Assembly: GCA_905331295.1 (NCBI GenBank)
Contig: CAJNYD010000407.1
Span: 1-64,000, forward strand
Reading direction: 5' to 3'
DNA from: Rotaria socialis
Taxonomy: Eukaryota
DNA length: 64,000 bases
Within the stretch, counting starts at the first letter, position 1, and every line of letters starts with the position of its first letter. Under the pieces are notes generated by a model that was given only the letters and a program-made list of their open reading frames with translations, made no database searches and had not been told where the DNA came from. The position numbers were made by a program, and so were the translations under genes. Below, piece by piece: positions 12,408 through 25,700 of the stretch.

Positions 12408-13468
12408 TTAAGCCCCTCCTCCTCCCATCCTAAAGCATATTATTTTTCATTTAATAATTTTGATAATTTTTATCGTCCAATATCGATGAAATTTTCACAG
12501 AAGATGTGTCAGGTTCTAGATACCCTACTGTAAACGTTTCAGTCCTTAATACTGAGTCTAGCTTGAGATCCAGTGGCAACTGTCGGATTTTCGTATTTCC
12601 CAAATTTCTCTACTATTTCAAAGGCTACCAGGCTCTGGCTGGTTTCAAAACAAAGCCAAGATTCGGCGCTACAATTTAACAGAGTCCAATCTTTTTTATT
12701 CGTTTTGCCGTTTACTGTCACGAGAAATGATCTTACGAACAAATCAACAACCACACCCCAGGTCGACTAATCCGGCGACGAATTCTACCAGATCCTATAA
12801 CATCCTACTAACCGAGGAAATTCAATTAGATTCTGGGCTTCGGAAGTATTCACGGATCCAACGGGAGAATTTTAAAAAATTATTAAAATTCTATTTACTT
12901 CAAAAAAAAGCTTTTTAAGGGTTGACTATAGCAGACGTTTTTGGTGTATCGGATTCCAGAGTAGGATACGATCGAATATGTATCGGATTCCGATCCTATG
13001 GACCCGAATCTCGGTCTGAAACCCAGAATCCGTCGATTCTAGTGGGTTTTCATATAAGATCCGAGGTAAACCGTTTTCAGATCCGATTGGATCCAGTTGA
13101 AGGAATGAACGACCTGGGAGGCTGTTCTTCACTTGTTGGTAACATCATTTCTCGTAACAGTAAATGGCAAAACGAATAAAAAAGATTGGACTCTGTTAAA
13201 TTGTAGCGCCGAATCTTGGCTTTGTTTTGAAACCAGCCAGAGCCTGGTAGCCTTTGAAATAGTAGAGAAATTTGGATATACGAAAATCCGACAGTTGCCA
13301 CTGGATCTCAAGCTAGACTCAGTATTAAGGACTGAAACGTTTATAGTGGGGTATCCAGAACTTGACACATCTTCTGTGAAAATTTCATCGATATTGGACG
13401 ATAAAAATTATCAAAATTATTAAATGAAAAATAATATGCTTTAGGGTGGGGGCGGGAGGGGGTCTTAA
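12408..13468. repeat. Foldback structure with ~340-bp inverted arms, each bounded by TTAA
   Basis: 12408-12744 is a highly similar reverse complement of 13131-13468. This explains the mirror ORFs (MATVGFSY..., ...KTNKKDWTLLNCS...). Confidence 0.9.
12757..13118. mobile_element. Short-TIR MITE-like element occupying the loop of the foldback
   Basis: Ends are CCCAGGTCG ... CGACCTGGG, with repeated internal GGATCC/GGATTC-like motifs. No clear TSD. Confidence 0.65.
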
Positions 13469-13694
13469 ACAAATTTTGGCATGCTCTTCATCTTGACAGG
13501 CTCTGCGGAAGAAAAAAAGAATAATCATAAAAAATCGAGGCTTATAGAGCTGTGTAGAGTACACCGACAGTTAAGCGCTCATTGATTAATTGTAAATAAA
13601 AAGAGATCAATATTCGATCACTTAATTTAATTCAAAACTAATGAACAGAAACATGCGACATTTTCCAATGAGATTGATCACATCCCATGTTGCG

Positions 13695-13995
13695 AATACC
13701 GGATCAATTTTTGCGGTAAACCGGCGGTTTTTTGCGCATGTTTATCACATGTAAAATTTAAAAAAAGGATCTTTAAAATAGTTTAATTGATGATTTGGAA
13801 GACTTTTTCTGTCATATTTTTTAGATGAACCGGTTAACCGCTTTTTTTAGCGGTAACCGCGGTATTAATCAAAACCGNNNNNNNNTGCCAGTTCATTTTT
13901 TGTGGTAAACCCGGTATTTATCCGTTCTGCGGTAATGAGAGCCGGTAACCGGACCGGTAAAACCGCGGTTAACCGCCGATTTTCATGCGGTTTTT
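13695..13995. repeat. Repeat remnant rich in CCGGT/AACCG motifs, spanning an assembly gap (8 N at 13878-13885)
   Basis: Many GCGGTAA/AACCGG/CCGCGGTT motifs, typical of DNA-transposon subterminal repeats. Confidence 0.5.
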
Positions 13996-15076
13996 ATTAC
14001 ATAGGATGCTATTAAATGTCCCCATAGTAATCCGTAAGAAAGTGAATAACTTCTTTTAACTACATTCTTCTATCTTTATACATTTATTCGTGGTATATCA
14101 CATTAGGTTATTATAATTATATAATGTCAATTGTTAAATCCTCAAAAAATAAGGATAAACGTTTTTCGTTGCCTTTTGCTACAGACGTGACAATAAATCT
14201 GAAACCCTCTGGCGGTGCTATAAAAACAGGTGTAGGCGTAAGAGATAAGAATAACAGCACAACACAACACCACCCACACCCACCCACACCCACAATTACA
14301 ACAGCTTGTTTCTTCTGTTGATTTAATAACAAGAGACGTGTTTTTTAAATGGCCAAGAGCTCTCTTCAATTTTTTTATGTGAATCTGATTATTTAAATAA
14401 AAGTATTTTCTTGTATTCTTTAATCACTTGTTTAATAAGTGCTCAAGTGTCATTGCGCTCAATTGTCGTGTCACCGCTGTCTAGATTAATAAATGAACTA
14501 TCAGTGATCATATTTAGTAGAGTTTCTCACGATAACAGCATGACACCGTATTGAAATTTTATCACAACTTTTCAAATAGAACCGTAGTACATCGTGAACT
14601 TGCCTTGCTGCATGAATTTTGTCGCAGCAAAAACTGTTTTATTTTAGCAGGGAAGAGTAGCTTAAAAACAAACTAATATTGAGATATTACAATGTTCACA
14701 TTAAAACCGGTGTAGTTCTTTCACGTTGTTGTTTTTTGTTTTATCTGAATGATTACTTTAGATTCAGACTACTAGCTAATCAGTCTATCATTAAACAAAT
14801 TTACATGTCAATGCATTGTCTATTAGTTTATAGTAGAATAGGTGAAATTTTAATCTTGTTACAATTGCTAAGTTTCGTAGAATTAAAAGAAAATATAAAT
14901 GACTGAGGAATATTATGTGTCTAAAGACATTCGCTCTGATATTGCAGCAGCTCTCCCAAAAAATATAGGAATTTCTATATAGGACAGATCTAAAATAAAT
15001 ACGATCGTCCTCAACTATATAGGAGAAATATAGGACCCAAATTTGTTCAAGGAAAAGATTGAGACACCGAAAAAAC

Positions 15077-15216
15077 TGGGTGTGGGTGTAGGGGTATATA
15101 TGTATTCATATGTCGCATATATCAGAAAGTTAATCTAAAACTAAATCTATTCTTAGATTTAGTTTTGGTTTAACTTTTTCTTTTCTCCATTTATATTCGA
15201 ACTTGAATTTGACAGC
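15077..15216 (+). repeat. Dispersed repeat also present inside the element at 25936-26663
   Basis: TATATATGTATTCATATGTCGCATATATCAGAAAGTTAA...ATTTATATTCGAACTTGAATT closely matches ~26289-26433. Confidence 0.8.
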
Positions 15217-18200
15217 TATTCTGTGGGTGTGGGTATCTGAACAAAAATACTCACACATTCACATCAACACCCCTCACACCCACATCCACTCAAACCTCAA
15301 TGAGCTTTGGTTTTCATATGTTATACAATGGCAGCCTAATCTTGATTGCTACAATCAAGATCAGATGTGTTGCATAAAGTACATTTAAACGTTGATATTT
15401 TCTCGCCTTGTTTTAACCATTTATTCGCATTACGGCCTTCAGAGTCTGTTTTGGTCAACCAGTGAGGACGAAACTTCGTATATTGTGGCATCAATATATA
15501 AATATGAGCAAAATCAGTAAAATCAACTTCAAAATTTTTATTTTTAAATAAAAGATGAAATCAAGAACCAGATAAGAATAGTATCGACAAATGTAGAATG
15601 TAATTGTTAACAAATGTAGGGGAACATGTCTATTATGAGATAATCTTTGATAAGGCAAAGACAATTAAGGCAAAGAGTGTACTATAAATATGATCTAGAT
15701 GACCCAATAGGAAATAAGCTTCATATAAATTGTCACCGACAATTGATCGTTAATATCAACTTGTTATGAACATCGGTGATAATATTTAAATGGCGTGTTG
15801 AACGCTTATCAAGAATTTTTGGAATTTTTTGGGAAGGATCTTGAATTTTTTGAAAAAAATAGGAATATAGGGAAAAGCTCAAAATATAGTATATTATAGG
15901 ATCAATTTTATAATTATAGGAAAAAGAGGATATATAGTACTGCTGCGAAGCCAGCTTTCGCTTCTTCTTCTTCTTCATATATTCCTTTAGACATTGTCTT
16001 CTTATTATGATGAATGTATTGATTAATAACTTTTTTCTATGTCACAGTGGGGTGTATCATCGAACATTTCTCGATCGACACTATTAAATTCATCCGCTTC
16101 ACTTGATTAATATTAGAAATAGAACGTTCTCATAGGAATCTTTGTTTCTATCGGGTAGTATTAATACATGAATAATATTTGTTTTTTAAGAGCGAACTTA
16201 AGACATTATCTTTTACTTAGATATATACATCCAAAACAAAAAAAATTCTACAACGATAAGATCATTTTAGTTTTTTGCTAGTGAGATATTATTAACCAAA
16301 GTATGAAGTTCTTGATTTTTTTATATAATACAAAAGCACTTGAAAAAGCTTGCTACTTTTATAGACAGTTGTTTTGTTTCACTAGTTGCACATGACGATA
16401 TAGATTAGTATCATTATATTTGATAAATCAATTTTCTACTTGTTTCAATGCCTTATTGCGTAAGCTTGACTACAAAATGAGATTTCTAATACGATTAAAT
16501 ATTTAAGTAATTATGCCATTAATATTCGATGTACTACTTAGAATCAGTGTTTCCCTTGGAAAGATAAACAGTAGATCAATAGTTGAATTTTTTAAATAGG
16601 TTTTTTTCTGTTCAATCAAACGATTCATTTAACTATTTGTAGATTCTTTAGTCGATCACTGCTGATTTCATTTAGTCATAATAATTATTCTAAAATAAAA
16701 TAGTAATTATCCTATCATTTAATTAAAATCTTAATTTCCGATGATATTTCATATTATAAAAATTACAAAGTATACTGTTAGTGAAACAGAAGCTATTTAC
16801 ATACGCGTTCAAAATTCTGCAATTGAGATTTCCGCTTCTTAAGAAGTCATAAAAGCGGGAAATTATTTTACCTGGAGCAAAACAGAATAGGATCTATAAT
16901 TTAAGATAGCTAACTTGTATGTCAGTTATGTATCGTGGAAAATAACAATTATAATATATTTTCTTGTCTATTTGAAAACATGTTAGTATTAACAAAAAAC
17001 AATCTATTTTTTAGAAAATCACTTAGTTTTGATGTAGTCTAGAAGATCATTGCTTTTTTTAATTGTATATATGAGAAAAACATATTTTTCTTCTATTGTA
17101 TTTGCGAAGATCATATTTCATAGACAAAAATTACTTCAAAACAACTTGTCAAGCATTATAAGCTGGCGTGCAAGATGAAATATTTTTTGAGGCACGCACA
17201 AATATGCTGACAAGAATAATCAGACCATTAGTGTAGAATTCGTTCACACTACTAGAATCTCACGTACTCAACTAACTTGCTATTTCGATAACAGAACTTA
17301 GACACCATTTCTTTTTATCTATTTCTTATGGAAAAGTATATCCCTGATTTTTAGTTCATTATCTAAGTTAGAGTTTTATTTATGCTGAACTCTAATAAAC
17401 CGAATTAAAAAATTTCGTTAATCCTAATCTTATGTGGCGTAGAAACTAGTATCTATTAATGTGAAATGACACGACGAATATAATTGGAAAAGCATGTTAG
17501 CAAATATATCGATGAATAGCACCATAGCTACTGTACACACTAAGAGAATAAATGTAAGGGTAACACGTATAGAAGCATGAATTTTTCTGTTATGGATCGA
17601 TAATATTTTCTCCTAGACTTCTATTTCGTATTCTATTCACATGACAATTGTTGTGAAGGTTTAATTTTATATGAAACTCTCTTTATTTATTTTTAATTTT
17701 TCCTATTCTTTTGAGAATGTTATCAGTTACTTCGATGAACAATCAACGGCTATTATTCCTTCTTTCTTGATTAATGAATACTATTGAACTGAGTAATGAT
17801 TAAACGCTACTACTATTTTCTCTAGTGAGCTCTAATGAAACCCTGAACTGTTCTCGTTATTTCTATGCAACCGTTTTATAAAATATAATTTTTTATTAAT
17901 AATTGAACTCTTTCTACTTCACTTAACATCCAATCGTAGAAAAACAAACTAGCAACAAATATTGAGACAAGAGATAGATCATATAACAAACTATAATAAA
18001 GAAATATTGGTTTATGAAAGCTAATCAACGTTTTTATTCTACATTTGAATCATAACAAAAAACGATATAGTAATTGAACTAGATCATAGCTGTGTTTTGC
18101 CGTGTAAAAAAAAGCATGTTTCCTTTTTATACAAAATCAAAGTAGCGTATTATTATTATTGTTGATCAAAACTATAAATAGAAAGCATACAGGAGAGAGT

Positions 18201-19611
18201 ATATTTTGTATTTTTTATTGTTTTCAATTAAAAACTAACAATATTGTTTCTCGATCATTTTTTCCGACAAGGAGAAAAGCTCAACGATGTTGAATAGGTT
18301 TGTTTTCTTTCAATCGGGCAAGAATCAAATCATCTGCGTAGAATATAAGAAACAACTTTTGAATAGCTTATTAAGTTGTTTTCATCAAATAAGAGTTAGA
18401 CCAACTCTTTTAGCAAAGAGTATAGACTAATCAACATAAAAAATAGAGCGCCTATATGTATATTTCCGTATTTTAAAAATCCTATTAATACTATCCCTAT
18501 CACATTTAGACAAATATACTTTTATATGAATACGAGAATACATTTTGAGTATGAATGTTGATTAGTTTTAAACATGTAATTGTTTGATCGTTACCTCTCC
18601 ATTATCTTATTGTTAGTTTTTCTTTTCATCTATATTAGTCATTGGTATATTTAACATCCAAAGAACTCATTGCTTGTCTTCTAATAATATACTTTTTTTT
18701 CGGAAGAATTACAAAGGAAGATGTGAGAGGGAAAAACGTACACAGGAAACAATATGTGACAGAGATGTTTCTGTCTCATTTTTTCCTTATTTCTCTCAGA
18801 TTTAACAATATGTGTGGCATACTAGCCTAATAGGATAATTTTCCCATTAATGGGCTTCCTGAAGTTCTATTATTCGTTACCTTATTTTCTCAATTAAAGA
18901 TAAACGCGTCGTTGAATAGAGATGTATCTATTGCTGATAGTCGCTGTTGCGTATAGATTTTTCTCTCCAATTCCCTTTTCCTCTGTGCTATATTGCTTCT
19001 TTTCTCTCTCGCTATCATATAGATATATAAAAAGATTAATTTTTTACCCTCTCACATTAATAAGAACATTAATACTAGAGAAAAAGACTTTCCCTCTCTC
19101 TCTCTATATTTATATATATATATATGTAACTGATCAATGCTATAATAGATAGAAGAAGCAAGATACAATATACTTCACATTCATATAAATCTTTTCGATT
19201 TCTCATTTTCTTCTTTTCTTGCTATATATTTTAGTATTCTCACTATTTGTCTGATTGGTAAGTTTTCCTTTTTTGATGACAATAATGATCATCCAAGCTT
19301 GCTTTCAAAAGTCATCAACAACCTAATCAATTTTAACTAGTAACTGACAATAAGAGAAGAAGAGAAAGAAAAGAGGGAGAGATTTAGTTGACAAATGATC
19401 ATCGTATGCTTGGTTAGTTGAACACGCCAAATCAGTTGACAACAAAGAACCCCTCCTGTTTTATTTTTAACATAGACAATTGGCATTAGTATTTCATATT
19501 GTCTTTATTTATTGTTCCAGGTTGTCCTCATTCTTTTTCATTTTTATTTCCTCTTCATTGTCGTCATCATTATCACTATTATTTACTTGTTGGCAACATC
19601 TTCTAGTCACA

Positions 19612-20842
19612 ATGAAATCTCCAATGATCACTCTAATTTTACTGATCATAAATGCCTTTTTCTTTCAACCAACACATCAAGTAAAAACATTATAAACAAA
19701 GTTCAATTTACTATTCTTTTTGTATCTTCTTAGTATCGTCTCTCAAAACGTGAGCTAACTGAATTTGATGTATGTAAATAGAAATATGTCTCAGATAGAA
19801 ACGTAAAATATCTATCTATGTTTATGTGTAGTTGACCAGTTTCATTGTCAGTACGTGTTCAGCTGACAAAACTGACATGCTTATCCAGAATCTGTGTGAT
19901 CAAACATTGCAGTCGGCACTTATGGGTGTAAGTATTTACTACAGAATTCCTTTTGTTCGTGCGGAAATATACTTTAAAATTAGTGGTAAGAGTAGTAGTA
20001 GTTAGTAGTAGCCCTCAGATAATATGTGTTAGAACATAGGTTTTATGTTGGTACCTGTGCTTCTGATCACATTGCATTTTATTTCGTATAGGATTTTCCA
20101 ATTCTGACCTATTATTGTAAGACAATCGGTGTCGGAATGAATTATTGTAATAATATCAATCAAAATATGGTTAATAATGAAAACGTTAGGGCTAAGGTAA
20201 TTCATTTCTCGATTAATATCATTAATATATAAATATATAATAGAGATTTACTTATCGTCGGTTTGCACGAAGTCTTAATGAAGACAGAAAAACATATCAC
20301 ACAGGGCAAGAAATGGATAATCACATTGATGTATGTATATATTAAATTTATTTAAAAAAACCAAAAGAAAAAGAAGAATTCTGCATTCATATTATTTTTT
20401 ATTTTAGCTTGAGCAAAAGTTGATTATGCAACTGTGTATGACAACGACGGAAAAAACTGTAGTTGATACAGACCAATTTTGCAATCGAACATTAGAACAA
20501 GTTCTGCGAGGAGTAAGATACATTATAATTATCATTCTAGAGGTTTTAATTTTTCTTGCTCTGTCTATTTATTTTCTAGCGGTATCCTGAAATAGCTCGT
20601 CTTTGCAAGTATCATCCAGATTTTGATTATTGTCGCAATTTACGGTCTTATTCATTATTATTCTCTTTGCCACTAACAAAATCATCATCGGCAACAAATC
20701 CTATTACAAGTAATATGAACCCTTGGCTAGTGCCGTCATCAGCATCATCCAAATTGTCTGACAATGAATCGTTCACCGATCAACAAAGGATCAACAAGTA
20801 CAAGCACTTGTCATCGCCATCATCATCATCATCATCATCATT

Positions 20843-20875
<33 letters not shown>

Positions 20876-20888
20876 GTCATCGACATGA
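19612..20888 (+). CDS. Secreted 268-aa protein with two 4-Cys repeats, dibasic sites and a poly-Ser tail (7 exons)
   Basis: Exons 19612-19680, 19734-19769, 19832-19927, 20092-20196, 20244-20330, 20408-20512 and 20580-20888. All introns are GT-AG and phase 0, and the exons splice into one open frame starting MKSPMITLILLIINAFFFQPTHQYRLSKRELTEFD. Confidence 0.85.
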
Positions 20889-21472
20889 TCAACAAATCTA
20901 TGTTTAAAAGAATATTTTGCCCTGACCAATCTCTAAGTCCAAAGGCCTCATCATTATGTGTGAGAGAGACAGAGAGAAAATAATAAAGAAGCACAGGAAA
21001 TCATTAGAAAAAAAAATTTATCTAAAAAGCAAATCATCTCTTCGCTTGTATGTGTCTAAAATTCGTCTCCTATTAAATTGCCATCTACATGTTTGTTATG
21101 TTCGTTTACGTGTATATAACAAACAACGTAAAAAAGCAAAACAAAAGTACAAATTCACATTAATATTTTGTTAAACCATATATTGAGGAAGAGGAATAAA
21201 AAGTAAGTATTCAACCAGATTTATAATAAGTAAAAAATGACATCGCTTGCATGTTAAATCGTCATCATCGTTGTGCTCGAGTCATCCTTCGGTATTCAAG
21301 CTTTATGAGATTAGAATAAACAGTCATAGAGATTGAATACCAAAGAGGCAACCCGACAACTATTTCGATAGGAAAAAGCATCAAATAAAATTCTCACATC
21401 TATTTGACAAGATCAAAATCAAGCGAATAATCAGAATGGGCGCTTACAAATTTGTTCTAGCTCATGTTAAGA

Positions 21473-21881
21473 ATATATATATATATATATATATATATAT
21501 GGATACTCTGTTGAAAAAGATCGTATGCTACTGTTATAAGAAAATGAAAGAGTAACGATGAAATAAGAGAGTAAAGCACAGCAGGCGAAAACCATAATCA
21601 AATTGTAAAGGTGAGGAAGCATATTGAAATATGTCTTGCATTTTCTTCTGCTTCTTTTCTTTTACTTCACTGCTGCCATCGCCTTTGTTGCACATTAACA
21701 TCAACAAACATCACCAAATACAGTCTCAAAGAAAAAAAAAACGAACCTTTCATCGTTTTTCGATCACACTAGGTGTCTTCTACTATTTTTCAGCGGTGGT
21801 GTATGAATATATATATATATATATATAAATATGCATACATATGCCTAATCTTTCCTGTATATATATATATATTATTGTTGA

Positions 21882-21915
<34 letters not shown>
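21473..21915. repeat. Microsatellites: (TA)n at ~21473-21500 and ~21808-21827, (TC)n at ~21884-21915
   Basis: Directly visible dinucleotide runs. Confidence 0.95.
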
Positions 21916-21920
<5 letters not shown>

Positions 21921-22714
21921 CCCTTTTCTCTTTATTGATATGGTTCAAACGATTATTATTTTTTTCTAGTGGTTCTATGTATGATGAGAAAAAGAGGTGG
22001 TTCGATTTTGTTCTTTCGACACAATAGGTCGTCATCATTTTCGTCAACAGTACATTACACATAAAAAGGCCACCATATGATTATTCCTAAACATTTAATT
22101 TAATGCGACAAATGTACAATACATACGTTGACATGTATTCAAAAAGAACGGACAAGACCGAATAATAATCATTTCTATTGTTCCTTGATTCGAATGCATT
22201 TTATTGAATAGAGAAATAGAGAGCATAGCGCTTACTAAAGAAAAAAAGAGGTGGAATCGCAAATTCACTTTAGGTATATACGCACACAGACACACACACA
22301 CGTAATACTACCCTGCTTACAAAAATGAATAACGCAGTATGTCGAGTATTGGAGCAATAACAAGAAAAAATGAGGAACGAAAAAGAAACGAGACTTGCAC
22401 AGGCAAAAGTATATGTATGTATACTTTATACTAAAAAAAAGTGAATTTGTGTTGTCACTTGAGCTAATTCACAGTATACAAAAAAAATAAATAGAAAAAC
22501 AAGATCCCGAGAAAAAAATGAAGTCACTTGTTTTGTTCTTGACTACATGCATGAAAACAAAACCAACAAATAAAAACATGGAAGACGAAGCACGAAGAGC
22601 AAATTCGCTTTTTTTTCGTCAAACAATATTGAGACAGAAATATTGCAAATATAGTAAGATGAATTGGAATTTGAAACAAGAAAAAGAGATCATCTGATTT
22701 ATTAAATAGAACGA

Positions 22715-25700
22715 CTAAATTCCAGATTTTGATGTTGATGTGTTGACTGTTGTTCTAAATCAAAGAAAAAGAAAAGAAGTCATTTCAATCGAATGAAGAA
22801 TGTCATTGCACATTATCTTACTGAAGCATAGTTAATTTCTCCTGTTCATTTGATGTTGCTGGTGGTTCACATTCAAATGAAGCAAGCATTAAGGCTAAAA
22901 ATAAATTGACTTGTATGAAAAATACTTGGAATGTTTTTATCATACAGTTTTCATTGAATGTCGGTGATGTAGTTATATAGTTAATAATTACATCATTTCG
23001 TTCAAACGAACACTAAAATAAAGATCAAAAAATGTGATATTTTATTGTTCACATCGAGTTCAATTGTTTCGAAAGAAAAGTTCTAGAAAATTATTCTACA
23101 AATAAATTTAAGCTAATTTATTAGTCATTAAAGTAAGCCTGAATCATATAGGTTTTATTTTGCTCTCTATCATCATGTATGAATGAATACATCCAAAAAT
23201 TAGAAAACTCACATAATTCGAGTTATAATCAAGATCGTATTACGACAAACTACTATGAATCATCAGTTTCGATACGATAGAAAATAAGATTTTGGAGAAT
23301 ATTTTGTTTTTTGCATCTCTGTCTTATCTAATGATGAATACATGACAGGAAATAAGATTAGCATCTTCAATACAGACCGAGCATTTCCGGTTGTATAAAG
23401 ATAATGGGTTTTATCTACTAAATAGCTGCGTGAAAGATAATAAGAAATTGAGCTATTTAAAGAATATAGATTTTTCTCGAAAAGAGTTACATACTTTACT
23501 TTGTTTGCATTGGACAAAGTCTTCAGAAATAAATTTTGCCATGGAATAATATTTCTATTAGAGAAAAATAATATGGTTGAATATTTTAACTATCAAGGTT
23601 AAGAGAAACAAATACAGCAAACCTTCAAATTGATGCCACCTTCTACTGTGTAGTCTTTACTATGCGTTTTTATAAAATAAACATCTTGAACAACAATACT
23701 AGTAAATGGTATAACTATTTTGTCTACTGCCCAAGTATTTTTTTCAGCATCTTCTACAGCTGATTTGAGTATTAGTCGATAATTAGTAAAATTTTTTGAT
23801 ACATTTGTGTATTGTTCAAGTTGTTCAAATTTTTCTAATTGAACTTTTTCCCACTAGAACAAAATATTTTAATTATCAGTAAGCAAAACAATATTGGTAA
23901 CTAAATTTTCACCGATCGTCTTAGACGCTTTACTGGTTGCTTATTTAAACCACCTAAAAGAGAATAAAGTTAAAATATCGACATTGACTTTATATGAAAA
24001 ATTAGTTAATATTTTTCGTATTTCAAAGAAAATATGAATTAATTTTTTTTCTGTCCACATAGATAGCATTTTAAATCACTAAGGACGTGGCATATATTAT
24101 GATCAAAATAGTTCTTCACATGAATAATTACCATTCATTATGAACAAAAAAAAAACAAATAGGTAGTTCGAAAGATATATGATACTTTTGAGAACTATAA
24201 ATGTAACGTTTCCAATGATATATGTAGAGAAATTCATAAAAAATTAATAAAACGATTATGACCTATCACATAGAATATTTGAGACAAAAAGTATGAAATA
24301 ATTATGATTTATATTGCCTGCGTGAACTTTTTTAATTTTCGTGTGTAAAATTCTATGGTATTTTTGACAAAAATAAAAACGATGAATGGACATTTTTATC
24401 GTAGAAACATCATGAATATGTAAAAAAAACTATATTTAGATATAGCTAAAATATTAAATTTTTTTTCATGCGTATTAACCATATCGATTCAAGCATGAAC
24501 TCAGATGTGTGCCTTTTTAACATAAAAGAAAGCTTACTGATAAGGAAATCTCGTATGACTGAAGATTATAAGGATGTGAAAGAAAAATTTACATTGCAAT
24601 TAAATACAATAGTTGTCTATCGGGTCTGTCAGATATGTCCTTGAAAAAGAAATAATGTCAAGTTAATCTTTGAGATAAAGTATTCAATATTGAAATATTG
24701 ATAAAAGAAAAAAAACTATTTTACCGATTATTCCAATCATTGAGTTAAAATTATGTAAACGAAGACATTCATAAGCAGCATCAATAAAATAATTAATAAG
24801 TCGTTTACGTAAACGTCTATCTGTATGTTTAATAATTTCTGTAGTGACAAAAGACGTTAAACGATTAAACCATTGTACATAAGTTTCAAGACAAAAAGTT
24901 AACTTCTTATCATGAACAGCCTCTAATGATTTATTATTTGATGATTTAGCTGTTTGACTATTAAAAGTTCGATTTGGATGAGCTCGAGCTTCTTCTGATG
25001 ATAATTTCATAATGAAATATTGAATTAATTCTTCAGCACCTATTGGTTTTAGTCTATCCTACGAGGAAAACAAAAACAACAAAATAAGAACAAATTATAT
25101 TAAAATCAATCAATACCAATTCAATATGAGTTAATTGTTGAGCAAATAAAATTGGTGTTGGGCATTCATTGATAATATCAGTCTAGGGAAAAAAATTAAT
25201 AAATACTTTTATTGGTCAAGAAAAACAAATGATATACAGTTAATGCCTTGTGACTGATATTGTTTAATGCTTTTGTATTGATCTGTCGTATATATTCTTC
25301 ATAATTTTCTAGCGCTTTTAGCTACAAAGAAAAAGAAACGATGACGCGTTAAAAAATATTTTTAATGTTATGCAAACCTTTGAAAGAAGTTTTTTATGTA
25401 TATAATGGGTTTCTGATTGAAGATTTGGTTCAGAAGAATGAAGCTTTTTAAAAATATCTTCTAACTGTGTTATTGTATCTGTATTACGAAAATCATATGG
25501 AAATGTACGTGTCCATTGTGATAAAACATAAAGAAAATTTTTCAATATTCGAATAGCTCGATCCTGTGAAAATAATTAAAATAAATAAAAATTGAAGGAG
25601 GATTTTTTTTATTAATACGTACATGTGTCAAATGTTTTACTGAACTCAATGTTAAACTACCTAACCTATTAAGTAATATACTGGGTTGAATGTGCATTCG

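Noticed and set aside
12539..13423. Cluster of similar short ORFs on both strands
   Set aside because: They are a product of the inverted repeat and show no protein motifs.
20791..20994. Poly-Met ORF on the minus strand
   Set aside because: It is the antisense reading of the (ATC)n tract that encodes poly-Ser.
21631..22301. Short ORFs over microsatellites
   Set aside because: Low-complexity translations of (TA)n/(TC)n between convergent genes.
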